Shown here: positions 1 through 14,200 of the stretch, piece after piece
Numbering within the stretch: position 1 is the stretch's first letter
Layout: every line of letters starts with the position of its first letter
Origin: Phoronis australis
Taxonomy: Eukaryota > Animalia > Phoronida
DNA length: 64,000 bases
Direction of reading: 5' to 3'
NCBI GenBank assembly: GCA_002633005.1
Contig: NMRA01000008.1
Span: 1,328,584-1,392,583 of the forward strand
Position numbers and translations under genes: made by a program
The notes under the pieces: model-generated
What the model saw: only the letters and a program-made list of their open reading frames with translations
Told to the model about the DNA's origin: nothing
Database searches by the model: none

Positions 1-2161
1 TTTATAATTCTGAAACTACATCATTTTTGGCCAAAGTACGATTAGAAAACGGACAATTGCCGCACAAATAAAGAAGTTCATGGTAACTCAACGTTTCGTC
101 TTATTCAACAAGACATCATCAGGATATGTACAGAGGGACAACAAGTGTCGATTACCCTTAAAGTCATATCCATGAAGTGAAATGAGAGTGAGAGATACAG
201 GGAAAGTAATGTGCGGCAATTGTCCGTTTTCTAGTTCTGAAACGTGAGCAGATGACGCCATCCCTGTCAGGCTCTACGGTGTATGTTGATACCTTTGATA
301 AAAATACTCTTCTACAAACACGTTGAAACCATCGTGAATGACATTCTTGCTTAATTCGCCAATAAAAACTCTCATAGATGAAAACTGAATCATTTATTGA
401 TCTGGCACATAGTGAAATATTAATATCTAAATTATCTTTAAAATCAAATGATGGGCACCAAAAATATAGGATACATGTACATCCATAGAAACAATATTTG
501 TGATATACATGCAAAAAGAGTTTCATCCTGCGCAACATACGAATCTTAGCAGGCTCCAACCATCTTAGTGACAATTGCGACTACAAATATAATTAAAGAA
601 AATGTTATAGTTTTAGATTAAATCGTGTTTGCTTTCTTCATACAAAATGCTGATACATAGCGATTACCATTCTCAATAACTGAAAGCAGTAATTTTTAAT
701 AATGTTTAAACTGCAAAAACTGCAGTGCCATTTGACGTCTGTATTGTCTAATTAACAAAACTCTGAAAGGCTGTTGTTGAAGTGATGATGGTGACAATGA
801 AGACCTTAGGGAACTGAGGTGGCACTATGTAGCTTAAGACACAAAAAACATAATTATGATATTCATTGCTACTCTCATTATCAAAGGCAGATCCTCTTAA
901 CTTTGCTACACCCTTATTAAATGTTCTGTGATCATCACTTTTAGCATCACTAACACATCCGGATGACTCTTTTCCCACCTCCATGGAGACTGTCGTATTG
1001 TCATCACCACTTTCAGCATCACTGCATAGTTTGGTCAATTTTCTTTAACCTAGAAGTTTCCAGACTTCATACTAGTGACATTTATTTAGTGTATCACCTG
1101 AAAATAAAACTGAAATTTTAAACAATACATTTTGCTATGATAAAAAAGAAGGTTGGACAGGATGTTGTTTTTCATAATACATGCATTGTGAAAGCAGTCA
1201 TAAAATAGTTTTTGTCAATTTTAGGGATTTACAGGAATTTTCTGTATATTTTACTATATTTAGGCCGGAGAGGTATCTACTTAGTTTCAAGATTTTTTTA
1301 CACTTCTTAAAATTTTCTTAGTGTAGAACTTTAACCATTTGACAGGTATCCTTGCACACATTGCAAACGCTGTCATTCCTGTGATGTATATATCTAGTAA
1401 TGGAATCTTTAGTTATACTTTACGCGTAACTCTCTTTAATATGGTGAAATACTTGACACCATGGCGTATGTATTTAGCTATGAAGCTTGTACATTAGAGC
1501 GACCGATTTTTGTTGTCGGACTAAGGATTGGAGCTAACACTGGAGCTTCGGACCATAGACATGGATCCTACATTCTTACTAAAATATACTATCTTACACA
1601 AACAATAATATAACATTAATAATTATGATAACAATAATACTTTTGTGATTTCTTTGTAGTTCAAATCTGTTACGTGTGTCCCCTTTTAGCATTCCTGCAG
1701 GTCGATAGTCCAACGGGAAGTTAGTCGGAAAGACGTTTAAGGAGAAGTGGCCTTTTGGGCTTCTGAATTAAGTTGTGTTTTTCTTATTACTACTTTCATT
1801 TGCATAGGTTTGTGGTCTCAAAACCAAAGGACCTTTATTCTAAAGAGTATTAACCCGAAAAATGTGTGCTTTGTTTGTTTGTGAAAAATTGACTTCACAA
1901 ATAAGGAAACTAAACCATGTTTTGATGAATTCAACCAATTCTGGTCCTAGCATTTGATAATGCATCATTGGCGTCAATCTTTGAAAGAGCTGGAATTAAT
2001 TAAAAACTCATGCCCCTATCTCGCATTTTGGTCCTTGGTGGGCTGTCTTTACCCACAGTTGCCGTGTAATTCTCCAAGGCGTAGGTCGTGCTTAGCCTAT
2101 TAGGAGACTTTCAAAATAGTTTCAAAATTTTCCGAACTTTTCAGAGTAGTTGAGAGTTACA

Positions 2162-2302
2162 CATGGGCAGCGCAGCACTGAAAAAAATGGGGGGTTATAG
2201 CCCCCCGCCCCTGTTGTGCACCGCCAATAGACCATGGGCGTCGGACCACTGAAAAAAGTGCGGGCTATAGCCCCCCCAGCCCCCTATGGTGCGCCGCCCA
2301 TG
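2162..2302. mobile_element. Tandem pair of ~70-bp mini-MITEs
   Basis: Two similar units (2162-2230 and 2233-2302), CATGGGC..CACTGAAAAAA..TATAGCCCCCC..CGCCCATG, with inverted ends; TTACA flanks both sides of the pair. Confidence 0.6.
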
Positions 2303-3596
2303 TTACACGCCATTATTTTGTTCCAGAAAACTGGAGAGTTAAAGTCGTTTTTGTATCTTTTTATAAGTCAAAACCGGGTTTGGCATCCTTTTGATTTTCT
2401 GAAGTGTCTTTAGTCGGATGAGCTATTGGTCTGATTGGTCCACTAAGCATTACACTTTGAAATAAATCTGATTAGCAGGCATGAAAAAGTGTAAGGTAAC
2501 TATATCGCCGATTGGTGGGTTACAGGGCTAGGATGGCAAGAAAAAATTACTGAAAGAATCCTGCATTTTCAAGACACAGTCTTTAACATTTGCATTCATA
2601 ATAATTATTAATTGTGCTCAAATGTGCAGTCTTCTATAAGCTCTGATGCAATGTTATCACCCTAATCAATTTCAGACTTGCAATCCTTTGAACTAAAGTT
2701 CCTTTGCACTAGAGACTATCAAAGGTCCTTCGGAATACAGGATCGACCAACCCATCTCAGCAAATCTCGTATAGACATCATAAAACAATAAAGAAACAAT
2801 AGCTGAAAAGGTATTGCCATATCCTTGGCATCAGCAAGAAGTAAATTTTGAATTAAAAACGAAATTGTATGGTAAAATTTGAAAAACAAGTAATTTTAGT
2901 TGCAAGAAATACCTTTCAGATGATCTATCAGAGTAAATTCATGGTTATTTTTGCAGAACTGAACACCTTGTGACGAAAACGGCACTCCCTCATTTCTTCA
3001 TCTGAAACAAATTATAAATGCAGTGATCTCTCCAGCACCTTTACATTTGCAATCATTTGTTTAGCTTATTTGAAGCTGTCTTCTAAATTTCCATTAACAT
3101 GAGTTTGAAAGTTTTTAAGTTGTTCTGCTACATTAAATGGTTCACCTAGTTAACAATAAATATGTTAGGAAGCCAACTGCTGCAAATAACGAAATGTGCA
3201 ATGTTTTACAGTGCTAGCTGATTAAGTCTGAAAAACAGGCTCTACGCTAGCGGAACAAGAATCAAAATGACTCTGTAGTTACCTTATGAAAGTAATAAAT
3301 CAAAGTAGTGATTCATTATGACCTCGCACTCACTAGTTTAAAAAAATAAAATTACAGAAACTTTGCGAAAATTTGTAGAATCTGCGAAAATGTATATGTA
3401 TATTTCACATAATACTTTATTTATTTGAAACTCACACCACCTTCATAACTCACCCATGTGAACTTGCATGTTTCCATACTCGGAGAAAACAAGCACCAAA
3501 TTCTACCTTCATCTGTATCATTGTCACTTGAACTGAATGGAGTGACAACATTCTCATCTGAAAAACAAATCAAAACTGTCAATAGAAATGAAATGC

Positions 3597-3960
3597 TGCC
3601 TATAGTCCAACGGGTCTATAGTTCGAAAACAATGGGATCTATAGTCCGAAAAGTCAATAGTCGGAACAGAAAACTAGCTAATAGTTTTTTCACTTTATTC
3701 CTTAATCTACAGAATTAAATGTCTTCAGGATTTCAGATAATTTTACATCATATTCTCCATCTTTCAAAATTCCGTAAAGCTCTATAAAGCAGGCAAAGCT
3801 CTCTTTCTTGAAATTGTGGTCATTCAACGAACAATAACCTGAACAAGCTAAGAACACTTACATGTATTCTTGGTAACTACCGAGTTCGTAACGCAAGATA
3901 TAATTTCCCTTACTTCTTCGGACTATTGACCAGTCGAGCCACAGAACCTTTAGACCAACC
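3597..3960. mobile_element. Degenerate MITE with CTATAGTCCGAA-type subterminal repeats
   Basis: Repeated (c)tatagtcc/ttcgaa units at 3600-3666 and an inverted ttcggactattgac at about 3917-3931; related fragments at about 1490-1570 and 1700-1730. Confidence 0.4.
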
Positions 3961-5466
3961 ATCCATTAATTATTGAGTCTTTTAAGCAGACGTCAAAGTT
4001 ACTAAGAGAATTCAAAGATATTTTAGGTATTTTTCACGTGGTCTGGTCTGGTGTTTGTGCCGTCCTTTTAATGACAACAGAAAATATATTCAGTGAATAC
4101 ACATTCTAGGCACATAGTTAGTAAAGATTTGAGAACCTGTATAATTTGGCAACTCACACAAAATAACTTCAGGAAATTATTTTACCCTGGAATTTCCCAT
4201 TTCAAGTTTGAGATTTGGTTTTCAGTCACTGATTTCAAAGGCTTCATTTAAGGGTTGAAAAAGATCTAAGGTTGATACTAGACCCCTCACATTGAATCAA
4301 TGTGAAAACATGAACTGTTTCATGCTTCATTAAGAAGATACTCACATTTAAAGAACTGGGCCAACATCACAGCATATCTATACCTTTGGTCGCTAATTTT
4401 TCACGCTTGTTTGAAGTGTAAAATATTCTTTAAGGAAAAGTTTGTGCTTGACATTTAGGATTGAACCAGACAAAACGGTAAAAGTTTTATGAGTGATTTG
4501 ACTCAATGCCTCACGATATGCTTTAGTGTAAATGCTTCTTATTAAAATTTGTTATATGTATAGTTATTGCTTATCCATTTGATACAGGGATTCTGTCTTA
4601 GAGAGCCTTTTGTAGCGTTCCAGTCCACAAAATGGACGAATTTCGTAGGAAAATTGCTATTGAAAGGGCAACCATTTAATTGTAAGGAATTCTCTTAGAG
4701 AAGGTACCATATCGCAGTGAATCTGAAAAATCTTACGAAGTGCAATTATTATCAGCGATACAAAGCAAAGAAATCTACAACTCTCTGGAATTTTTATAGT
4801 AAACGAGATTCTTCAGCTCATAATAAAGGGGTGTTTAGATTTTGAAATGTTTTTAGGAGGGACAGATGCGAGTATTTGACCGCATCTTCTGCATTAGAAA
4901 TAGTTTCTAGGACCCTGCCAAATAGATGTTAGCCATGATTATGCCAGTGTAATAAATGAATTTGCAATAACTTAAATAATCAAAATATTAAGAAATTTGA
5001 AAGACTTACCATAGACTTGGATCTTGAATGTACCATCTTCTACTCAAACATACTCATTTCAGATAAAACGAAGCAAAAACTTGTCTCAACTCAAACTCTG
5101 AAACTGATGTTCAACTCCAACTCTATAACACTAAAATCAAAACCTCAGAGGCTTGTTACAGTGGAAGGTCAACTAAGTTAATGGGCATTACATAACACTG
5201 CTCCAATGTAGGTCACATATGGCTGTCTGAAGCAGGGCACTCATTAACAGTGACATCTTTTGGGAGGGCCTGATCAGAGTTATATATAGGATGTCCTTAT
5301 GAAACCAAGTTGTTGAGAGAATACACGTGGAGGCACTGTGCATACCAAGTAACAGTTTCTGATAGGTCTTAAATTGTGGGGCATTATATATACCCCACAA
5401 TTTTTTGCAACCCCACAGTAAAGGTCTCATATATAAAAATGCCCCGGATCTGTATAGTTCTCTTAG

Positions 5467-5492
5467 TATATATATATATATATATATATATA
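5467..5492. repeat. (TA)n microsatellite
   Basis: About 13 TA units. Confidence 0.9.
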
Positions 5493-8400
5493 GAATCGCT
5501 TTGGATCAGTTCCGTGCGCAATATTTTCACATGCCAACACTATGATATGAGTTCTGAAAACTAAACAAAAAAGTGAAATAAAAATATTGTTGACAACGTT
5601 TCTTAACATACCGTGAATTTTTGCACCTGACCAGAACACTTAAATCACAAAAATGGTCACCTATTGCACTACACTAGTTGATGTTCTTTATGGTCAAATG
5701 TGAGCCAATTTTTAAATTTGTTCTCAAAACAATCAAAATACGTTGAGCCCAAAACCAAAACTGCAACTTCTGTAAACACTGTATTTTTGTCAATTTTACG
5801 ATACATTTCGGAATACTTTCTACCTAAAAATGATAAGAAACGCGCGCAAGGAAAATTTTTAAGAAGCGTCTGAACGTGCATCAGCCACAACGTCTGGGTG
5901 TCCTGCACAGATATTACTCAACGAAGTCAAGAAAAAACGTCAGAAATGTAAGCAAACTTTAACTTAGAAATAGATTTAGCTCAATACAAACTCTGACGAA
6001 AATACTGAAAATAGCAGATATGCAACCCAAGCCTGTAGCTGCTGTAATATATACAACTTGGCTGCCGTGTCATGCAGGCTGCAAAAAATCATTCATAAAA
6101 AATTGCGTGCACGTATACGTGTCACGCGATCTGCGATCATCATTGATAAAAGATGACAAACGACACCAAAACAAGCTGAGCACTCTGTGTAAACCCGCTT
6201 CTTTAAAGAATCCTCAATGGGGCTCATAGGACGCCCGAGTTCAAATACTTTTGCATATCACGAATCGAGACATAATAGCACACTGGTACAAACACGTACG
6301 TTGTATAACTTATATATATATATTAAATGTCACATTTTTTGCAATTAATTACCAGAGCAGACAATTTCATACACAAAAATGAGTGAAGAATCGTTTCAAC
6401 TCTTATGCGCGATCTTCATTCATAAAACTAGCCAGAGGCACTGTTTACTTACTAGTGTTATCTTGAGTGCTATGGTGCTATAATTGGCTCAGTGAATATT
6501 TGGGCACTAATTCGAATTCATTATTTAATCGGTGAGAGTGAACATAGAATCACAAACTGGCGTAGACCCCAATGTTAAAGAAAATACAGTAGCCAGATAT
6601 TCCGCAATTTCGTGGAAATTCTTCCATCCGGAAGCAAAGTTAGCGTTTAAATACATTTGCAAAGAAGACTCTGGACTATGAAGAAGATTCTGAGCTGGCT
6701 TATATGGACTTACTGGACCTGTGGGAATGCTGATTCAAAACTTTCCGGCAAAAACCCGCATTCCCGCCAAAACATGCCTTAATTTTCGAACTTTCAATGA
6801 TAATTTCGGAAAAGTCCGTGGGTTATCCTATCCCCGGATTACGGTGGCGTAGGCCAGCGACATATTGTCCAACGTTGCAAATTAATTCACCGAACTCCGT
6901 TACGAAGAAAAAATATGATGATAACAAATTTCGAACTATGTTGTAGTCGCTAAGTAACTTTGTTAATGTATAATATTTAATTTATAAAATGTGTCAACAG
7001 TAAAGGTCAACAAATAGTAGTTGACTACCATTCCGTGTTTCTCCATTATAGGTCATTTGAAATGCATTCAACAGAACTAGTCAGTCGGGTCTATCATGTT
7101 AATGGTGGTATGATCGGTTTCCTTGATTTTCTGCCTCGTGCATTCACGGTTGCTGACAACTTTGTTCGACGCAAAACAAGTAATCTCTTATCTACCACAC
7201 AATATGTCCGAAAAGTGAAACTATACTTGTCAAATTTGTCCACATAAATAAAAGTTAATCTAAATTTAGTCTATTGCTTGCATAGTTTGCACTGCGTAAC
7301 TATCATAAAACAATTTTTGATAAATTTTCCAATTTTCCATTACTCATAGTGAAGTAATCAGCTTTTTGAAAAAAAATCTAAAATATAATTTGGCAATTGC
7401 TTTTGTGCGAAATAAGAAGAGAATTACCGTAGTCTCCAGTGACGTGCTTGTCGTAGCACATCGTATTTTCGTTGCGTGGAATCAATCTGCGACTCGAACT
7501 GCCACTTTGCTTGTTCTCGTACCGTTCTTGTACAAATATGACATGGCCAACAGGTGGCGTGCAGACCGGAATTAGAGATGTTTGTGATACCATCGTTACA
7601 AGTCATTTGCAGTTCACAAATCTGTTAACGATTGGTCACCATCTAATAAACCAAGAGATTCTGCACACTGACTAAGAATCGGTGAGCGAACCATGTTTTG
7701 ATAAAATCATTTCCAACGTTGTCAAAATTGGTTCTGAGTATGCCCACCCAATTCACGTACCTTTCGCCACTCGTCGTAACTACATGCTACTACAAGCGTC
7801 TGCTTTAAATGTAAATAATATTCTGCAAGTGCATCTAAAGAAACATTTTCTTAGAGGCGCAATCTCTACGAGAAAAGTAATTTTACAAAAACTAGAAGAA
7901 GAGCGGAATCCAACTCTAGCTGCAACCGCGGTCGGCCGGTAGCAGCCAAACGTCCTGTCGCTGTGCCAAATTCCATGCGTTAGTTGCAGAATGTAGAGCA
8001 AAGTGACCTGCAATTAGTCATAAAATCACTAAAACATAATAAATTTTGTTGTTTTATAGGTCTGGCTAAAGCTAATAGCTTAATAACTTGAAGAAGTCTA
8101 GTTCGTTTAACAATAAATTCTGAACACCCGTTCGACCGTAGACAGTAATGTCTTATTATTAAATTAGGGCTTTACAGAGTTTCTGAACCATTTTGAAAAT
8201 AAGATTCTAATCTTATGCCAATGCAATACTGTTCTATGTAACAATACCAAATTTTATAGACATATTTTGATTATGTAAAATATTTGGAAAAACAATTTAA
8301 TGTGAGCGTTCAGGAGTGTATTTCGGGCGGCACCATTGAATGGGAGCATTCACAGGTCGAGGTCATTTCACTGTCGAGTCAAAATAACGGACAATGATTG

Positions 8401-9206
8401 GCCAACGATCCCTTAAACTGAACGACAGTCCGCCGGAGTATAATCGACTATGCCCTACCGTACTTTAATCTAGCAGTCGTATGCAACTTCAAGCTTAAAA
8501 AGTAGAATTGGAACCCATAAAGAGAGTCAATAATTGCAAACAATTGCATCTGTTTATGACGCCCACTATATACTAATAAAGATTATCATTAATAGAGATA
8601 TAAAAATGTGCCATTCCTGATTATGCCGGCAAGAAGCCCTGGCTCGGCTTTCTTAAACTGGAAATTCCCGTTGATAAGAGTATCAGCAAAATCAACGGGA
8701 ATGGCAGCACGTATCTAGCACAGCAAGCTAGAAACTTTTCTATCTTGGCCCGGGGACTCTTCCATTGAAGAATTATTAGAATCGTGCTGATAACTAGTGA
8801 GAGTTAAGTCTTGTTTTGCCCTCCTAGCTATGATTCAGATTTTGGCGTTAAACGGAAGTGGTGACGCGAGGGTGGCTCAAGCTTTGTGTATTTTCTAACG
8901 TAGGGTCTTGATATAGTGGTCTAGGTCTGCATTAGAGGAAGTGACGCCCCTTAACTGTGATATGAGAACCCCCTAAAGGCCTCGGGTAAACATAAGAGTC
9001 CAGGTTAAATACAGGCCTATGGAAATCGCTATCTATCGTACTAGCAGAGACCCCTAGCGGACCATCAGTTGATCGAAGCTTTGTTGGTGTCGCTTGTAAA
9101 AACACTGGATGAACCCAAGACCATAGACAGGCCCGTAGCCAGTGTCAATGGTGCACAGCCTCGCAGGCTTCATACGAGCAACAAACTTCATTGAGAATGT
9201 TTCCAA

Positions 9207-10088
9207 GGTTACGTGCCACTATTCAAAGGGTTCAGTACTCCGAAGGTTCACTACTCTGAAGTTTCACTGCTCGGAAGGTTCGCTACCTTCGAAAGCTCCT
9301 TACTTCGAATATTCGCAATTCCGAAACCAGAATTCCGACAGTTCATTACTCTGATTGTCTGCTAATGAGTCGGGACTGACATGGATAAAGCTTTATATTT
9401 GTGTCTATTTAGTAACCATTTAAAGGGTGTGCAAGAGTTGAATAGTTATTAAAACATTGATTACATTGTTTACAAATTACTGCCAATCGTGATTCTCCAA
9501 TCCAAGTAACGACTCATTCTGAAGCAGGGACAACATCTAGGGCGCGGGTCAGGGCTGCGGCGACTAACGGTGGTTTTAAATTTTATAAGACTGAATGAGA
9601 CTCTCTGACTTTGTGAAGACTGGCAGAGACAAGGTAGCCTACTTACTACACTTAGTTTCGGTAAGGCCATGCGCGTGGCTCCGGTGGGTAAGGTTGAGGC
9701 GCAGCGGCCCTAAACCTTTCAGTCACGCTGTGAAGTGATGAGACCTTGACATGAATTTGATAAATGTATCGTGGTTGATGATTCATCAATATTCCTACTT
9801 CATTGTCTTTTAGAAATGCAAGTACGAACTCATTTTCCCGTATTCTTAAGGCATGTGGCAATTTCGCATGCGCATGAAATCCAAATAAAGTGTTTTATTA
9901 CCCGGGCGTTGTTTCCGGTATAGGTACAACACTGAGTGCATCTAATAACCGGAGTGTAGTTTATTTTTGCATGCAAAAGTATAAAAATTACACCTGGGTC
10001 CAAAATTTTAGATATTTTAGGAGTGAGAGAACCTTCGTAGTAGTGAACCAGTTCGAAGTAGTGAATCTTCAGAATAGTGGGCTGTTCC
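9207..10088. mobile_element. Foldback-type MITE with subterminal ~16-17-bp tandem repeats
   Basis: Left arm CCACTATT followed by CCGAAGGTTCACTACT-like units (9216-9355); right arm is the reverse complement, GAACCTTCGTAGTAGTGAA...AATAGTGG (10010-10080). Confidence 0.6.
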
Positions 10089-10234
10089 CAACTCCAGCTA
10101 TGAAAGCATCTAAGTAACACGCAAGTATACTATAACGTCAAGTTATTCTCCGACTAAATATTTCCGTCCGAGTATGTAACGATGTGTAAGCACTCATTTA
10201 AGAGCACGCCTGATTTGAAAATTTGGCAAGAGGT

Positions 10235-11227
10235 GGGCCGTTCAGGTAAAAGTGTCGCGCGTAATCACGCTCGTAATCACGACCAAGATTTCCCTCGTGT
10301 TTTACGACCGAAATTGTTCGCCCGTAATTACGCTCGTGATCACGGCCGAGACTTCGCTCGTGTTTTAACATCGAAATCGTTCGTCCATAATTATGCTCGT
10401 GATTACGACCAACATTTCGCTCGTGTTTTAAGAGCGCAATCGTTCACCCGTAATTACGAGCGTAATTACGACCGAGAGTTCGCTCGTGTTTTACGACCGA
10501 AATCGCTATATCCAATAACAAATTGGTTTGAAAGTCACGTGAGCAGTCTAAAGAAGTTTTACGCTCGTATTTTTCACTCGTATTTTTCGCTCGTAATTTC
10601 AGCAAGTATAGTCAATATATTTAAGTACGAGTCCACGAGACTACCAGCCATTAAATTAATACGCAGTTGACATTGTTTTTGTTATGCAAATGGTTTGTTA
10701 TTCAAATGTCTTGAATAAAGAGTGAGTGATTTACCACCAACATTTAGAAATTCTACTACATAACCCCCTAAAAACATTTTGAAGCAATTTTTGCGATGTC
10801 ATAAGTCATCTGCACGCATTGTTAAGAGTAAAAGAACGAAACTTTGCCTAAATAAATGAAAAAGCATGGTTATTTTAACAAATAATATAAAAGCATTGTC
10901 AGACAACCTGCTAGATATACATTTTGGCGATGTGCTAAAACCGAACCAATGGATAGGGCAGCAAGTGAAAACATTTCAATAAGTCTTTGATATTTTCAAC
11001 CTTTTGCACTTATGTACTTTGCACCTGAGATTTTGCTTTCTGAATACTTCATAACATGTGAAAAATACGAGCGTAAATTAGCGAAAGTAAAACTACAAGC
11101 GAAAAATATGATTGTAGAATAACGAGCGCACAACTGTTTCAGAGCTTACGTAACCAACAAACCAATTTCTCATTGGATATAACGATTTCGGCCGTAATTA
11201 CGCGCGACACTTTCACCCGTACGGCCC
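10235..11227. mobile_element. Foldback/MITE with long degenerate inverted arms and an internal 60-bp tandem array
   Basis: ~35-bp TIR GGGCCGTTCAGGTAAAAGTGTCGCGCGTAATCACG versus CGTAATTACGCGCGACACTTTCACCCGTACGGCCC; 10500-10600 is inversely similar to 11060-11190; about four 60-bp units at 10255-10505. Confidence 0.75.
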
Positions 11228-14200
11228 GCGATACTTTCTGGGCCACATTACATCCGAATTTGAGCTGCGTTCTTTGCGAGTAACCGTTACGGCATCCTGA
11301 TTTCTGGTATTACAAATTTCGTCTTATCTCAGGAACGTAGAGCTGAGAGCCCCCTAATTAAGCTGCGTCATGGTCCTTATCGAGAACTCTACAGTGTCGA
11401 CGTTTGCAAAATATCAAAGGTCCACCGTCCTATAAATTCGAACCACCCCCCCGAGCAATGTTGGCTACGGGCCTGAATTAGACATCTTAATACTGTGATG
11501 TCTATGCCTAAGACTTTCTTTTAATTTTGTCCACAAGGTAATACATCGTGTATTAGCCGTCAAGGCTAGCTTGTGTTGTAAGTGCACGAAAAAAGTCGAA
11601 GGTCTGACTAACTTGGGAAGATTGTTTCTAAGAAACGGCTGATCGGTTCAAACGAAAGTTTCGTTTTGTACCACTGTTCCCCACGACATTGCTTTTGAAA
11701 CTGTTTCATACTTGATTCAGAAAGGAATTTTCAACCTGTAAACAATCAAAACTGTATTTCGAAAGTTGCTTATTGCAGAGCGAGGGTTAAGAGTGAATCA
11801 GGGGACGCAATCTTTTCCTTAATTCTCTCGTTTTATATCAACTGAAGACTGGCAGAAAAAAATACTCGCACCTTCTTAAAAGGTTTTGGTGAATAAGACG
11901 GTTTGAAATTAAAACTAATTGATTTTTGGACAACATACGTCGAAATGTATCATGATCCTCGTTTCGAATACAACGAAATCTTCCCGTGCTCTTGGATTCT
12001 TTAACAATTAACGTGGACATTTTTATCCGTCTCCCCACTGAAGCCGTGGTCGTAATACAGCCTACTTTTGTCAAATATTTAGTTTGTCGATTAATTAATT
12101 AAATGAGTTAAAACTTATATATTTCTGAAAATTCCTAAATCTTGTCAGTTTTAATTTCAAACTGTAAAAAACAATAAAAATGTGAAAAACAAGGACGCAG
12201 CAACCGGGATAATTTGTGTGCAAAGCATGTATATGTCTGTGGGATGTGAGTCATCTAAGCCAGGAGCAAAGAATAGTCATGTAAGCGATGATCTGCATGA
12301 TATTGCGAACGTGTGATAAACTGAAGTTGTGTCTGCTTGAAATGCTACCAAAATGAATTCTAACGGCAGTGAATGACCGTCCTAGCAACTTGAATTCATT
12401 GTGTATGCGATCGTCTAGTACTGTATATTTTTAAATATAAAACAAGACACCTTAAAATAACTTTTGAGATTGAACTATAATTTTTACCTGGGGTCAAGGC
12501 CACCCTAAGCCGTGCCCCATTCACTTATACGGAGAGCGAAAACCAATGCGTGTGCAGATTTCACTCCGTGAGGATGCCGGACGCGTTCCGTAGATGCAAA
12601 ACACTCGCGAGTAAAGTTAGTGTGATTACGCACTTCTTATAATTTCGATAGTGTGGCTCTATATGGCAACAGCTTCAGTGAAATATAATCAAAGCACATA
12701 GTACAGATTCAGTCCAAGTGTAGTATTGGCTTTGCGCTTGTCGCAACAACTACACGGTCGGCGTGACTTGAGTGCTTATGTTAGAAACTAGCCAAGTGTC
12801 TCCAGTGCTTTTTGATGAGGGTGCTATGGTAAGAAGTCGTGTGCGACAGATGGAGCTCGGCAAGGAACATTTGGAAAAATGAAATCTCACGAATTGAAAT
12901 GTATCAACTAAATTATTTATCATTGATGAGAAAGTTGTAACAGAAATACCATACGCAACCTACACCAGAAAGTTACATATAGAAAGAGATTACTTTTTGT
13001 AGGAAATCAGTTTTTAAAAATTCAGGACAACACTGTTCAAAGATTATGAGTAACGCATTCATTACCTTAGTGTTATCATTAAGACATTTTCACTAATAAA
13101 AATATGAAACACAACAAGTCACTTAGCCCCGACGGCTTCTCTTCGTGAAGCTCTTTTTCGGATGATAAATTGACACCAGTTTTGTTGCCTCCTAGTCAAA
13201 TAAAGGGGTGGCATGTTTTGCCCAAGGGCAAAAATGAAGAGAGTATTTTACTATAACGGTGCCTCATTTAACTCCTGAATAATGCCTATTCATTACATAG
13301 TATCCATTAGCTCTGCAAATCGCTTTAAACAGAAATATAGTTTACGAAAATGAAAAAAGTGTCAAAGGTAGGTACATCAGTCATTTGATATGTTGACGAT
13401 GTTGCAGTGTGTTGAACAACCATCCAATGAGACTGGCCCTCTTGTTCTATTAGACTTTGAAAGGCATTTGAGCATTATCATACGCGTATAACGCAGGATC
13501 GTCCTAATAATATCATAGACCCCCCTACGAGTATAGCAATAAAAACGTAAATTGTGTTTCAACAAGTTCTCATGTATCGGCTCAGTCATCAGCGTTAAGA
13601 ATGTCATGAGTTGCGAAGCTGGTCTTACGCGAGTTCAGCCTTGAAAATGAAGGCTCTACTGCATACCACCAAGCATAAAAACACGTGAAGTGCAATTTAA
13701 AAATTTGGTATCAGTGATTTTAAGTTGGACGATGTTACTTTTGTACAACCTACATTGAGTATCGCATTTGACATCAGTGCTTGACATACTTGCATTTGTG
13801 ATAAGACAGGTCACCGTGACCAAGGTCCTCATTATACACACAAGGTGTCTGCACTTCTTATCCAGCTCTTCGGATGGAACACAAACTTTTTATCAATAGA
13901 AGACTTCTTCGAGTTTTAGTGTCAGCTCCGAAATTCAGAGCAAAGTCCAGAATAGGAATGGATGTTTCTGTCTTACGTTTCGCTTTTTACAAACAAAATT
14001 CACTGTGTGTATATTCAACTTAGCCCAAGCTCATGATCAAAAACGCTTCGATTCAAAACAAAGGCTATCACTGATATCGGCTTAGTTTTCAGACATTATT
14101 ACAACTTCTCACGAAACCGAAATTTTTAAAACATTCAAACAACGAAACACGAAAATGTTCAAAGCATCGTTGTAAAATATTTTGTTTCCCAGACCAAAAA

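Larger units (their letters stand above)
9128..11475. mobile_element. hAT-like non-autonomous element (or two halves) enclosing nested insertions
   Basis: Perfect 14-bp inverted termini CAGGCCCGTAGCCA (9128) and TGGCTACGGGCCTG (11462-11475); no clean 8-bp TSD. Confidence 0.5.

Noticed and set aside
10182-10670. 162-aa ORF with 20-aa repeats (ARNYARDH..FARVLR)
   Set aside because: It is the translation of a 60-bp tandem array inside a TIR-bounded foldback element; there is no splice or promoter context.
13377-13607. PVSLDGCSTHCNI resembling the pogo/Tigger DDE motif LxLDGHSTH
   Set aside because: A single weak motif with no other transposase motifs or TIRs recognised.
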